A DNA stretch of 64,000 nt from Candidatus Omnitrophota bacterium (lineage in GTDB: Bacteria; Omnitrophota; Gorgyraeia; Zapsychrales; JANLHA01), in assembly GCA_029560465.1 (NCBI GenBank), contig JAKQKX010000045.1, positions 24,260-88,259 on the forward strand, in the 5' to 3' direction. This document shows, one piece after another, positions 1 through 9,886 of the stretch (position 1 is the first letter of the stretch; every line of letters begins with the position of its first letter). A model generated the notes under the pieces. It did not search any database, was not told where the DNA came from, and worked only from the letters and a program-made list of their open reading frames with translations. Position numbers and translations under genes: made by a program.

Positions 1-921
1 CCGGAGGCACAACTGCCCGAATTCATACCCGGCTTCCCGGGCAGCCATGGGCAGCAAACTGGTGGCTGTAAATCCTGGGATCGTGTTGGCCTCCAGGAAA
101 AATGGGTTGTCTTCTCTGTCAAGGATAAAATCAAGCCGGGCAAAATCCCGGCATCCCAGCGTCTGGAAAGCTTTGCAGGCTAGTCCCTGGACACGCTGCG
201 TGGCTGACGAAGAAATCTCCGCCGGGACAATGTACGCGCTCATTCCCGTTTGGTATTTCGCCTGAAAATCAAAGAATGGACAGCGGGGCCGGATTTCCAC
301 CAACGGCAGCGCCTCATCACCCAGGATCCCTGCGGTGATTTCCTTCCCCTGAATGTACCGTTCCACCAAAACCTCCTGATCCAAGGCAAAAGCGTGACGG
401 AGCGCTTCCTGAAAAACATCCCCGGAAGGAACAATGCTGATGCCAAGACTCGACCCCTGCGAAGCCGGTTTGACCACAAGGGGCGATCCTCCCAGCTTTT
501 CAACCAACTCCTGAAAATCCACGTGTTCGCCGGAAGACACGACCACATGCCCCGGGGAAAGGACATCCGTCGTCTTTAACCTTTCCAACGTGGAAATCTT
601 GTTCATGGCCACCCGGCTGGCTTCGGATCCGGAACCGGTATAGGGAATATGTTGCCCTTCCAGGATTTTCTGCACGGTCCCATCCTCGCCGAACGCCCCG
701 TGTAAGGCGATAAAGACAATGTCAACCGCCTCGTCCTTGAGCCGGGACACCAGGACGTGTTCATCCGTTGAATCCAGCACAATCGGGACCGCATCACAGT
801 GTTTTTCCTGCAAGGCGGCAAAGACAGCTTTCCCTGATTTTATTGAGATTTCCCGTTCTGAAGACGGGCCGCCCATCAAGACTCCAATCCGGCCCAAAAA
901 AGCTGTTTTGTCATATGCCAT
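1..921 (-). CDS. ddl: D-alanine--D-alanine ligase (Ddl); C-terminus runs off the window start
   Basis: Manual translation of the minus strand from ATG at 921..919 gives MAYDKTAFLGRIGVLMGGPSSEREIS...KPASQGSSLGISIV...FLEANTIPGF, a typical ATP-grasp Ddl. The ORF track does not list it because it is partial. Confidence 0.85.
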   Translation of the reverse strand, partial: MAYDKTAFLGRIGVLMGGPSSEREISIKSGKAVFAALQEKHCDAVPIVLDSTDEHVLVSRLKDEAVDIVFIALHGAFGEDGTVQKILEGQHIPYTGSGSEASRVAMNKISTLERLKTTDVLSPGHVVVSSGEHVDFQELVEKLGGSPLVVKPASQGSSLGISIVPSGDVFQEALRHAFALDQEVLVERYIQGKEITAGILGDEALPLVEIRPRCPFFDFQAKYQTGMSAYIVPAEISSSATQRVQGLACKAFQTLGCRDFARLDFILDREDNPFFLEANTIPGFTATSLLPMAAREAGYEFGQLCLR

Positions 922-940
922 AAATCTCCCGCTCCTAACG

Positions 941-2374
941 TCAAAGGTCGGCCACCGTGGGCAACGAGGCCAACAGGGTTTCTCCAATCTTATAAATATC
1001 TCCCGCCCCCAGGGTGAGAACCATGTCTCCCACCTCCAGGATAGCGGACAATTCCTGGACGATCCGTCCCCTCGGCACGTAATAAACCGTTTCTTTCCCA
1101 GCCTCCCGAATCCGCTCGACCAGGCCTTCCCCGCTAATCCCCGCCAAAGGTTCTTCACTGGCGGCATAAATATCGGTTATAAATAAAACATCGGTCTGTG
1201 TCAAGGCCTGAATAAACTCTTCCAATAAAAACCGCGTCCGGGAATAACGGTGCGGCTGAAAAACCGTAATCAAGCGCTTCCCCGCCAGCAAACGGGCCGC
1301 GTTTAAGACGGCCCGTATTTCCGTCGGGTGATGCCCGTAATCGTCATACACCGCGATCCCCGCCGCGCGCCCCTTCAACTGCAGGCGGCGGTTTACCCCT
1401 GGGAAAACGCCCAGCGCCCGGACAGCGTCCTGAACATCCAGCCCCAGGGCGATGCCAACGCCTAAACAAGCCAAGGCGTTCAAGACATTGTGGTCCCCCA
1501 AAGCCGGGAGGGTCATCTCCGTCAAAAAACGGCCGTTTTGCAAAACAGAAAAAACAGTCTGTGGCTTCTCAGACATCCTGACCTTAATCCCGGCGGCGCT
1601 CAAATCCTGCTGAGGTTGAAAGCCGTAAGATAAAACCTTACGGCCGGAATTCTTAAGAAGCGCCATCAGCCGCGGGTCTTCCCCGCAGGCGATCACCGTG
1701 CCGTCCGGTTGCGTCTGATCGAGAAACCTCTGATAAGCCTGTAAAATATTGGCCCATGTCTTATAATAATCCACATGTTCAAAATCAATATTGGTAACAA
1801 CAGAAATCTTCGGATGGAACAAAAGAAAACTACCGTCACTTTCATCCAGCTCCGCCACAAAATATCGCCCGGATCCCAGCACGGCGTTCACGTCCAGCCC
1901 CCGGATCACGCCCCCCACCGCCACGGTGGGCTTTAACCCGGCGGTCAGCATCATGTGGGCGATCATCGAACTGGTCGTCGTCTTGCCGTGCGCCCCGGCG
2001 ACCGTAATCCCCGTCGCCCCGTCCATCAGTTCAGCAAGAAGCTCCGCCCTTTTCATGAGCGGGATCCCCGCGGCTCTGGCGGACAGGAGCTCCGGGTTAT
2101 TGTCTTTAATCGCGGATGAATACACCACTTTATCCGCCTGCCCCACATGCCCCGCATCATGTCCAAGATGCACAACGGCCCCGCGCTGCACCAAGGCGTG
2201 GATCATCGGCCCGTCTTTCGCGTCGGAACCGGACACGGCCTCTCCCCGCGACAAAAGGAGTGAAGCCAAGGCTCCCATCCCAATGCCGCCGATCCCGACA
2301 AAATGATAATGCTGTTGCATGGCGCCCACACTCTGTTTTCGATTTTCCATCATATCTATCTTCATGTCCGGCAT
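941..2374 (-). CDS. murC: UDP-N-acetylmuramate--L-alanine ligase MurC
   Basis: 477-aa ORF with HFVGIGGIGM and GKTTTSSM Mur-ligase motifs; sits in the dcw cluster. Confidence 0.9.
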   Translation of the reverse strand: MPDMKIDMMENRKQSVGAMQQHYHFVGIGGIGMGALASLLLSRGEAVSGSDAKDGPMIHALVQRGAVVHLGHDAGHVGQADKVVYSSAIKDNNPELLSARAAGIPLMKRAELLAELMDGATGITVAGAHGKTTTSSMIAHMMLTAGLKPTVAVGGVIRGLDVNAVLGSGRYFVAELDESDGSFLLFHPKISVVTNIDFEHVDYYKTWANILQAYQRFLDQTQPDGTVIACGEDPRLMALLKNSGRKVLSYGFQPQQDLSAAGIKVRMSEKPQTVFSVLQNGRFLTEMTLPALGDHNVLNALACLGVGIALGLDVQDAVRALGVFPGVNRRLQLKGRAAGIAVYDDYGHHPTEIRAVLNAARLLAGKRLITVFQPHRYSRTRFLLEEFIQALTQTDVLFITDIYAASEEPLAGISGEGLVERIREAGKETVYYVPRGRIVQELSAILEVGDMVLTLGAGDIYKIGETLLASLPTVADL

Positions 2375-3462
2375 GACTCTTTCTTTTTACAAGCGCTTTT
2401 CCGCGCCGTTAATTTCAGGATTTCATCACTCAACAATCTCGCCGCGTCATGGCCCAATTCAGGAGCCCGCCGCCCGTACCGGCTTCCAGGACCCTTTATT
2501 TTTTCAACCGCGGCGATCAAGGCTTCCGGAGACACACGGCTTTCTTCGATCATAATCCCCAACCCCCGGTTGACCAAAATCCTCGCGTTTTCTTTTTGGT
2601 GGCCTCCGGCGTGCGGATACGGGATCAAAATGGCCGGAAGGCCAAAAAGCGACAATTCCGTAACAGACACGGCTCCGGCCCTGGAAATAGCCATATCCGC
2701 CACGCTATAAGCCAAAGCCATATCCTCCAAAAAAGGCATCACACGGGACCGCAAACGCATGCGTTGATACTCCCCTTTCACCAGATCATAATTCTTATGC
2801 CCGGTGAGGTGGATCACCTGAAAATCCATGCGCTCCTTGAGGGGCAAAACGCTCTCCAACCAACAGGAATTAATCGCCTGGCTGCCCTGACTGCCGCCCA
2901 GAACAAGAATCGTGAATGCGCCTTCTTGAAGGTTGAAACTTTTTATAATCTGGTTTTTATTATAATCTTCCCGGGGCACATGGCCCGGGCACCCCGTGAC
3001 AACCGTGGCAGGGCTTAAATACCCGCCCGTCTCCTCAAAACTGAGCGCGACTTTTGTCACCAGACGGCTCAATATCTTCGTCGCCCGGCCCGGGCGCACA
3101 TTCTGTTCATGAATTAAGGTTGGGACCCGCCAAAAAACAGCCGCCAGCAGAACCGGAACGCTCCCGTAACCGCCGAATCCCGTGACAACCGCGGGCCGTA
3201 GCTCTTTTAAAAGCCGCACAGCGGTTCCAAAGGCCAATATCATTTTAAAAAAGCACATCCCCAGCGACTTCAACGAACGGCCAGACAAACCTCGAACGTC
3301 TAACGGGTAGCACTGAATTCCTTTCCTGTCTACCAGAGATGCAAAACCCCGAAAATCCCCCATAAAAACGACCCGGTGCCCTAGGCCGGACACCTGCTCG
3401 GCGACCTTAAGGGCCGGCAAGATATGCCCCCCGCTCCCTGAAATGGCAAAAACAAATGTCAT
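2362..3462 (-). CDS. murG: UDP-GlcNAc:lipid I N-acetylglucosaminyltransferase MurG
   Basis: ORF 2362..3546; the likely true start is M29 (MTFVFAISGSGGHILPAL), which matches the MurG N-terminal G-loop. Confidence 0.85.
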   Translation of the reverse strand: MTFVFAISGSGGHILPALKVAEQVSGLGHRVVFMGDFRGFASLVDRKGIQCYPLDVRGLSGRSLKSLGMCFFKMILAFGTAVRLLKELRPAVVTGFGGYGSVPVLLAAVFWRVPTLIHEQNVRPGRATKILSRLVTKVALSFEETGGYLSPATVVTGCPGHVPREDYNKNQIIKSFNLQEGAFTILVLGGSQGSQAINSCWLESVLPLKERMDFQVIHLTGHKNYDLVKGEYQRMRLRSRVMPFLEDMALAYSVADMAISRAGAVSVTELSLFGLPAILIPYPHAGGHQKENARILVNRGLGIMIEESRVSPEALIAAVEKIKGPGSRYGRRAPELGHDAARLLSDEILKLTARKSACKKKESCRT

Positions 3463-3529
3463 GCACATCCTATCCCGTCTGCCCGCGGAACTTCCGGCTT
3501 TCCCAGGATGAAAATTGATTGTATCACAA

Positions 3530-4621
3530 TTAAAGGTCTTCGACACGGGAAACGTTCAGCAATAACGCGACGGATATCATATTAAAAACCAGTGAAGACC
3601 CCCCGTAACTGATAAACGGAAGCGGCAGCCCCTTGGTGGGGAGCGCCCCGATGCTCACCCCGACGTTAATGACCGCCTGCAACCCGATCAAGGCGACAAT
3701 CCCCACGCTCAAATAATATCCAAACAGATCCTGAGTCCGCTTAGCAATCCGGCTTCCCTGCCAAATAAAACAGACAAAGAGGGCGATCACCAGAAAAGCC
3801 CCCAGGAACCCCAGTTCCTCCCCGATGATGGATAGGATAAAATCCGTGTGGGCGGCCGGGAGATAAAAAAGCTTCTGGACGCTTTTTCCCAACCCCACAC
3901 CCCAAAACCCTCCGTTGCCGAAAGCCACCTGCGATTGGATCAGCTGAAACCCCGCGCCATGGACATCCTCCCAGGGATCCAGAAACGCCACGATTCTTCT
4001 CCAGCGGTACGGGACTTTGACAACCATAAAGTAGAAACCAGGCAGCCCGGCCAGGACCAGCGCCCACAGATATTTCAGCTTTGTCCCAGCGACGAATAAC
4101 ATAATCAGGGCCACCGAAAAAATCAATAGCATGCTCCCCAAATCCGGCTGTTTTAATATCAAAAGAGAGACGGCCCCCAAAACCAGGAGCGCCGGCAAAA
4201 ACCCCTTGCCGAAACGTTTAACCTCCTGTTGTTTCCTGGCCAGGAAATCAGCGATATAAACCAAAACACATATCTTGGTCAATTCGGACGGCTGAAAATA
4301 AATCGGGCCGAGCTTAAACCAGCGCTGGGCGCCATAACTGGATTTCCCGATGCCCGGGATTAAAACCATCACCAGCAGGAACACCGAAAAAAGCAACAAA
4401 GGTTTGGCCACCTTCCTGAGATCCCGGTAATCCAGGGCCATACACCCCAGGGACGCGAGCAACCCCACGCAGACAAAAAAAACGTGCCTTTTCAAAAAAA
4501 ACAGCTGGTCACCCAGGACCTGCATCGCGTAGATCCCGCTGGAGCTGTAAATCATGATGATGCCCAAAAAAATCAGGAACAGCGTTATCGTGGCAACGGA
4601 TATCCGGATGTCCCTCATCAC
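3530..4621 (-). CDS. ftsW: FtsW/RodA/SpoVE family lipid II flippase/peptidoglycan polymerase
   Basis: 363-aa polytopic membrane protein in the FtsW position between murD and murG. Confidence 0.85.
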   Translation of the reverse strand: MMRDIRISVATITLFLIFLGIIMIYSSSGIYAMQVLGDQLFFLKRHVFFVCVGLLASLGCMALDYRDLRKVAKPLLLFSVFLLVMVLIPGIGKSSYGAQRWFKLGPIYFQPSELTKICVLVYIADFLARKQQEVKRFGKGFLPALLVLGAVSLLILKQPDLGSMLLIFSVALIMLFVAGTKLKYLWALVLAGLPGFYFMVVKVPYRWRRIVAFLDPWEDVHGAGFQLIQSQVAFGNGGFWGVGLGKSVQKLFYLPAAHTDFILSIIGEELGFLGAFLVIALFVCFIWQGSRIAKRTQDLFGYYLSVGIVALIGLQAVINVGVSIGALPTKGLPLPFISYGGSSLVFNMISVALLLNVSRVEDL

Positions 4622-5892
4622 GCATCCTCCGATAAATTCCGGACAAGGCTTTTAAATACCGTTCCCCTCTCTTCAAAATTCTTAAACATGTCGAAACTCG
4701 CGCACATCGGGCTCAACAGGACACAATCTCCATCACGCGCCCTCTGCCTCGCCAAAGCAACAGCCGCCGACAAAGAATCTGCGACTTCAAAAGGGACGTG
4801 TCCGAAAAAAGTCTGCCGGAATTTATCCCGCGCTTCGCCGATGGCGATCATGACCTTGACTTTCCTTCCGGCAAGGCCCTTCAGGACTGAATAATCCAGG
4901 TTCTTATCCCGGCCTCCGCAAATCCAGATGACCGGCTTGTCCAGGCTTTCCAAGGCCCACCGGCCGGCCTCGACCGTCGTGGCTTTTGAATCATTAATGT
5001 ACTCAACACCCTCCAAGACGCGGACTTTTTCCATCCGGTGTTCAACCCCGGGGAACAAGCGGAACACGTTTAAAGCGACGTCATCCGAAATTCCCAACGT
5101 GCGAGATACGGCTAAAACAGCCAGAAAATTCGGATTCCGGACATCGCTCGAGCGGCCATCGCCGGGACAGTTAAAAAAAACGACCTGGGAACGGAAATCC
5201 TTCGCCGCATCCTTAAAAAGTTCGCATTGGTCATTCAATATGGCATAATCACCCGAAGTTTGATTTTCAAACAGGCGTTTCTTGGCGGTAAAATATTCCT
5301 CCATATCTTTATGCCGGTCAAGATGGTTCTGGCTAAAATTTAAACAAACGCCTATATGAGGACGAAAATGCTCAATCGTTTCCAACTGGAACGAACTGAC
5401 CTCCAATACGACCCAATCCGCGTCTGCCAATTTATCCACGCAATCGCAAAACGGCGTTCCCACGTTCCCGCAAAGCACCGCTTTTTTGCCCGCCGCGTTA
5501 AGGACCTGCGTAATCAGGTTTACCACCGTGGTTTTCCCATTACTGCCGGTCACGGCAATGACCGGCCACGGACAATACTGGAAAGCGAGCTCGATCTCAC
5601 CCCAAATTTTTATTCCCTGCTCCCGCGCCCACACTAACGGCGGGGCAAAATAAGGGATTCCCGGACTGGTAACCATTAGGGCGCTTCCGGCTATGAATTC
5701 CCTCGTGTGCCCTCCAGCCTCAATCTCCACCCCCTCGGCCCGGGCCCAGGATAAAAAATCAAGAGGGAATTTTTCTATCCCCCCCTGCTCGGACAAAAAA
5801 ACTCTGGCCCCCTTCCGGCGAAGCAACGCCGCCGCGGCCAACCCGCTTTTAGCCGCTCCCAAAACCGTAACCTTTTTATCTGATAAGTCCAT
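4618..5892 (-). CDS. murD: UDP-N-acetylmuramoylalanine--D-glutamate ligase MurD
   Basis: 424 aa with VTGSNGKTT and the N-terminal LGAAKSG Rossmann motif; overlaps ftsW by 4 nt. Confidence 0.9.
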   Translation of the reverse strand: MDLSDKKVTVLGAAKSGLAAAALLRRKGARVFLSEQGGIEKFPLDFLSWARAEGVEIEAGGHTREFIAGSALMVTSPGIPYFAPPLVWAREQGIKIWGEIELAFQYCPWPVIAVTGSNGKTTVVNLITQVLNAAGKKAVLCGNVGTPFCDCVDKLADADWVVLEVSSFQLETIEHFRPHIGVCLNFSQNHLDRHKDMEEYFTAKKRLFENQTSGDYAILNDQCELFKDAAKDFRSQVVFFNCPGDGRSSDVRNPNFLAVLAVSRTLGISDDVALNVFRLFPGVEHRMEKVRVLEGVEYINDSKATTVEAGRWALESLDKPVIWICGGRDKNLDYSVLKGLAGRKVKVMIAIGEARDKFRQTFFGHVPFEVADSLSAAVALARQRARDGDCVLLSPMCASFDMFKNFEERGTVFKSLVRNLSEDA

Positions 5893-6990
5893 TTACCTGA
5901 TTTTTAATAACGCCAGCGTCATGAGTGAAAAAATGATGCCAACGATCCAGAAGCGTGTGATGATTTTAGATTCATGCCAACCAGACAATTGAAAATGATG
6001 ATGGAGGGGGGACATTTTGAAAATACGTTTTCCCGTCATCTTAAACGACAACACCTGCAGAATAACAGACAGCGCCTCCGCCACAAAAATCCCGCCCAAG
6101 AGGATCAGCCACAATTCTTTTTTAATAAACACCGCAATGACCCCCAGGCATCCCCCTAGGGACAACGAGCCCGTATCCCCCATAAAAATCGTGGCCGGAT
6201 GACAGTTAAACCACAAGAAACCCATGCTTGCCCCGACGATGGCCGAGCAGAAGACCGTTAATTCCCCTGCGTTGGCGACATAAGGGACAAACAGATACTG
6301 GCTGAAATTAACATTCCCCGTTATATAACATAAAACCGCCAGGGTGCCGCTCACAATCAAAACACACCCGATCGCCAGCCCGTCCAACCCGTCCGTCAAG
6401 TTCACCGCATTGCTGGTTCCAATCACGACCAAAGCGATAAAGGGGACGTAAAGCCAGCCCAAGCGCACCACCATATCTTTTAAGAAAGGGACATCCAGCT
6501 GGGTGGCAAAATGAGGGGTCGTATCCGGATTAAAAAAGACATACGACCCGATAAAGCACCCCAGCAAAACCTGCCATAACAATTTTGTCCTGGCCCTGAT
6601 TCCGTGCCGTCCGGGCTTTGTTAATTTCACATAATCGTCAACAAACCCGAGGACCGCCAAATAAACGGCGGTCAAAAGCGACAACACAATATACCGATTC
6701 CCGATATCCGCCCACAACAAGACCGACACAACAATGCTGCCCATGATAAAAATGCCCCCCATGGTCGGGATGCCTTCTTTCTGATCATGAAAAGACGCCA
6801 GCCCCGGGCAATCCTGCCGCCGGGCATGTTCACGGATACGCCACTGCTGAAACATCCGCGTCACAACGGGCGCGGCCAGGATACAAATAAAGAAGGACGT
6901 CACCGCCGCCATGGTGGCACGGAACGTGATGTATTTAAAAATATTGAAAACAAAAAAGAAATCCCTTAACTGAGTAAAATAATAAAACAT
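5893..6990 (-). CDS. mraY: phospho-N-acetylmuramoyl-pentapeptide transferase MraY
   Basis: 365-aa polytopic membrane protein with MraY family motifs (DDxxD region, NAVNLTDGLDGLA). Confidence 0.9.
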   Translation of the reverse strand: MFYYFTQLRDFFFVFNIFKYITFRATMAAVTSFFICILAAPVVTRMFQQWRIREHARRQDCPGLASFHDQKEGIPTMGGIFIMGSIVVSVLLWADIGNRYIVLSLLTAVYLAVLGFVDDYVKLTKPGRHGIRARTKLLWQVLLGCFIGSYVFFNPDTTPHFATQLDVPFLKDMVVRLGWLYVPFIALVVIGTSNAVNLTDGLDGLAIGCVLIVSGTLAVLCYITGNVNFSQYLFVPYVANAGELTVFCSAIVGASMGFLWFNCHPATIFMGDTGSLSLGGCLGVIAVFIKKELWLILLGGIFVAEALSVILQVLSFKMTGKRIFKMSPLHHHFQLSGWHESKIITRFWIVGIIFSLMTLALLKIR

Positions 6991-6995
6991 TCCGC

Positions 6996-8378
6996 TTATC
7001 CCTCAAATTGCTTTTTTAAAAACGCGGCCGTTGCCTCCATGTGCATCCCGCGGGACGCCTTGATCAGCACGGCATCCCCCGGGGCCAGACAGCGCACAAG
7101 CTGCCGGTGCAGGGCCGGCAAGGCCAAAAAATGCGCTACAAAAACCGCCTTATTGTCCTTCCTCACCTGCTCGGCGAGCCAGGAAGACATCGGGCCATAG
7201 GCCAAAACAGCCGCGATATTCGTCCGCGCGATAAACTCCCCCATCTTTTGATGAAGCGCTTTAGACCAGGCCCCCAACTCCAGCATATCCCCGCAAACAA
7301 GGACTCTTTTGCCCTTAACCGGAAACGCGTCGAGCGTGGACACGGCGCTGCGCATCGAGACAGGATTCGCGTTGTAAGAATCATCTATACACCAGCAACG
7401 ACCGACACGCTCAACCGCTTGCCGCTGCCCTGAAAACCGGTATTTCTCCAACGCCGCCGCGGCGGCTTCATAAGAAATACCCTTTAGCCTGGCGCAGGCA
7501 ATGGCCGCCAGGGCGTTATATATATTTTCCTGAACCGGAGTGCGCAGAACTACCGGATACCGACGGTTAACCAAAAAGCGCAAAGACTTTCCCTGCCGGA
7601 TCCTCTCAATATGCGTGGCCTGGTAATCGGCCGCCTCCCGGATCGCGTAGGAAATAATTTTATCATTATTTAATTTTTTATAAAATCTTTTTAGGTATTT
7701 ATCATCTTTATTAAGGATGACCCGGCCTCGCGCTGACAAATCCTTCAGCATTTGACTCTTCTCTTGAAACACGTATCCCGGGCTCTTTAATTTTTCCAGG
7801 TGAGATTCACCGATATTCGTGTACACCGCCACATCCGGTTTGACGATTGAGGACAGCCTCCGGATATCCCCGGGCTGGTTGGTCCCAAGCTCAAAAACAG
7901 CAATTTTGTGCCGCGGGCTCAACCGCAGGACCGTTAACGGCACTCCGATCTGGTTATTAAAAGAACCCTGATTGACCAGGACCTGATAGCGGGACCGCAA
8001 CGCCGCGGCCACAAGATTTTTCGTTGAGGTCTTGCCCGCCGACCCGGTAATAGCTATGACCGGAATGCGGGTTCGCTCACGGGTAAACCGGGCGATCTTC
8101 CCCAAAGCTTCGACAGTGTCCAGGACTTTAATGACCGCGATCCGTGGGGACGGCTGTTCCAACAGAAACGTCTCCTCTACGATAACGCCCCGGGCGCCCT
8201 TCTCAACCGCCTGATTCAGGAACTTGTGCCCGTCAAAATTCTTTCCTCTGATGGCAACAAACAGCGCTCCGGGCCGAATGGTGCGGCTGTCAATCGATAT
8301 CTCCTTAACATCCTGATCCTCTTTCCCGCGCTGAAGAACGCCACCCGTAGCCTGTAAAATATCCTGTATTGTCCACAT
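6996..8378 (-). CDS. murF: UDP-MurNAc-tripeptide--D-Ala-D-Ala ligase MurF
   Basis: 460-aa Mur ligase with TGSAGKTSTK. Confidence 0.9.
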   Translation of the reverse strand: MWTIQDILQATGGVLQRGKEDQDVKEISIDSRTIRPGALFVAIRGKNFDGHKFLNQAVEKGARGVIVEETFLLEQPSPRIAVIKVLDTVEALGKIARFTRERTRIPVIAITGSAGKTSTKNLVAAALRSRYQVLVNQGSFNNQIGVPLTVLRLSPRHKIAVFELGTNQPGDIRRLSSIVKPDVAVYTNIGESHLEKLKSPGYVFQEKSQMLKDLSARGRVILNKDDKYLKRFYKKLNNDKIISYAIREAADYQATHIERIRQGKSLRFLVNRRYPVVLRTPVQENIYNALAAIACARLKGISYEAAAAALEKYRFSGQRQAVERVGRCWCIDDSYNANPVSMRSAVSTLDAFPVKGKRVLVCGDMLELGAWSKALHQKMGEFIARTNIAAVLAYGPMSSWLAEQVRKDNKAVFVAHFLALPALHRQLVRCLAPGDAVLIKASRGMHMEATAAFLKKQFEG

Positions 8379-8401
8379 GGAAATTTTCCATTATTCCTTA
8401 T

Positions 8402-9886
8402 TTAACACGACGATGATCCCGACATCCTTTTATATAAACACTGCCGGACAATCGCCTTTTCATCGAAGGGAACGGTCTGGTTCTTAAATATCTGATAATT
8501 TTCATGCCCTTTGCCGGCCAGAAGTACGACATCCCCCATGCCGGCCGCCTGGACCGCGGCCTCGATCGCCGCTGTCCTGTCCTGGATAACCCGGTAGCGG
8601 TCATGCGTAAACCCCGATAAAATCTGGTCAATAATCTGTTGCGGAGGCTCACTGCGGGGGTTGTCATTTGTCACAATCACATGATCAGCGAACTCGGACG
8701 CCACGCGCCCCATTTTCGGCCGCTTTCCCGCATCCCGGTCGCCGCCGCAGCCAAAAACCAAAATAATCCGGGTCCGGGAAATAGCTCTGATAGCGCGTAA
8801 AACATTTTGAAGCGCGTCTTCCGTGTGGGCGTAATCAATGAACACATGAAAAGGCTGTCCGCAGCGAATCGCTTCCATCCGTCCGGGGACAGACACGCAG
8901 GACTCGACCCCGGTCTGGATGTGTTCCCAAGACACCCCCTCCCCCAGCCCTACGGCGCAGGCGGCCAAGATATTATAAACATTATGTTGACCGATCAGCC
9001 CGGACTTAACCTGACAACGCCCGTGAGGAGTGACGACGTAGAATTCTGTCCCGCTCAATGACAGGCGGATCTCTTCAGCCATGAAATCCGCGGGGCTTTC
9101 GACCCCGTATGTCAAAAGCCGTCCTTTTGTCAAGGAACATAGTCTTCGGCCATAAGGGTCATCCCCATTGATCACCGCCGTACTCTGCGCAGAGAGCGAG
9201 ACAAAAAGCCTGGATTTCGCCAGAAAATAATCCTCCATGTTCTGATGATAATCCAGGTGATCCTGCGTGACATTCGTTAAGACCGCCTGCACGAAAGGGA
9301 TCCCTTCCACCCGGCCCTGATGCAGGCCATGGGACGACACTTCCATAACGCAAGCCTCGGCTCCCTGGGACGCGAGCCCGGATAGGAACCGGAAATTCTC
9401 CACCAACCCGGGCGTGGTATTTTTGGAAGGCCACACCGTGTCGCCCAGACGGGAATTAATCGTTCCCACCACCCCGCAGCTCCGCCCCGCTTGTTTCAGG
9501 ATGGACTCAACAAGATACGTTATCGTTGTTTTTCCATTGGTTCCTGTGACCCCGATCACGCGCAACCCCTGACAGGCGTCCCCGTAAAAACGCCAGACCA
9601 GTTTCTGCAGACAGCGCTGGGCATCAGGAACCCTTAACACACAGGGAGCGCTCCCCCGCCAGTCTGCACAGTCCGTCACGATGACCCGGGCCCCGTTCTG
9701 AACCGCATCCGGGATATACCGAGAACCTTCTTCCTTGGGCCCGCGGAGAGCGACAAAAAGGCTCCCGGGAGCAACTTCTCTGGAATCCGAGCACACCGAC
9801 TGAACATCAATGTCCTCACACGGCTCCGGGAGGGCGTCGTCATAAATGTCTTTTAGAAGATCCACAAGCCGCATGCGTTTCCTCAC
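8402..9886 (-). CDS. murE: UDP-MurNAc-L-Ala-D-Glu--2,6-diaminopimelate (or lysine) ligase MurE
   Basis: 494-aa Mur ligase with GVTGTNGKTT and the DNPR motif. Confidence 0.9.
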   Translation of the reverse strand: MRKRMRLVDLLKDIYDDALPEPCEDIDVQSVCSDSREVAPGSLFVALRGPKEEGSRYIPDAVQNGARVIVTDCADWRGSAPCVLRVPDAQRCLQKLVWRFYGDACQGLRVIGVTGTNGKTTITYLVESILKQAGRSCGVVGTINSRLGDTVWPSKNTTPGLVENFRFLSGLASQGAEACVMEVSSHGLHQGRVEGIPFVQAVLTNVTQDHLDYHQNMEDYFLAKSRLFVSLSAQSTAVINGDDPYGRRLCSLTKGRLLTYGVESPADFMAEEIRLSLSGTEFYVVTPHGRCQVKSGLIGQHNVYNILAACAVGLGEGVSWEHIQTGVESCVSVPGRMEAIRCGQPFHVFIDYAHTEDALQNVLRAIRAISRTRIILVFGCGGDRDAGKRPKMGRVASEFADHVIVTNDNPRSEPPQQIIDQILSGFTHDRYRVIQDRTAAIEAAVQAAGMGDVVLLAGKGHENYQIFKNQTVPFDEKAIVRQCLYKRMSGSSSC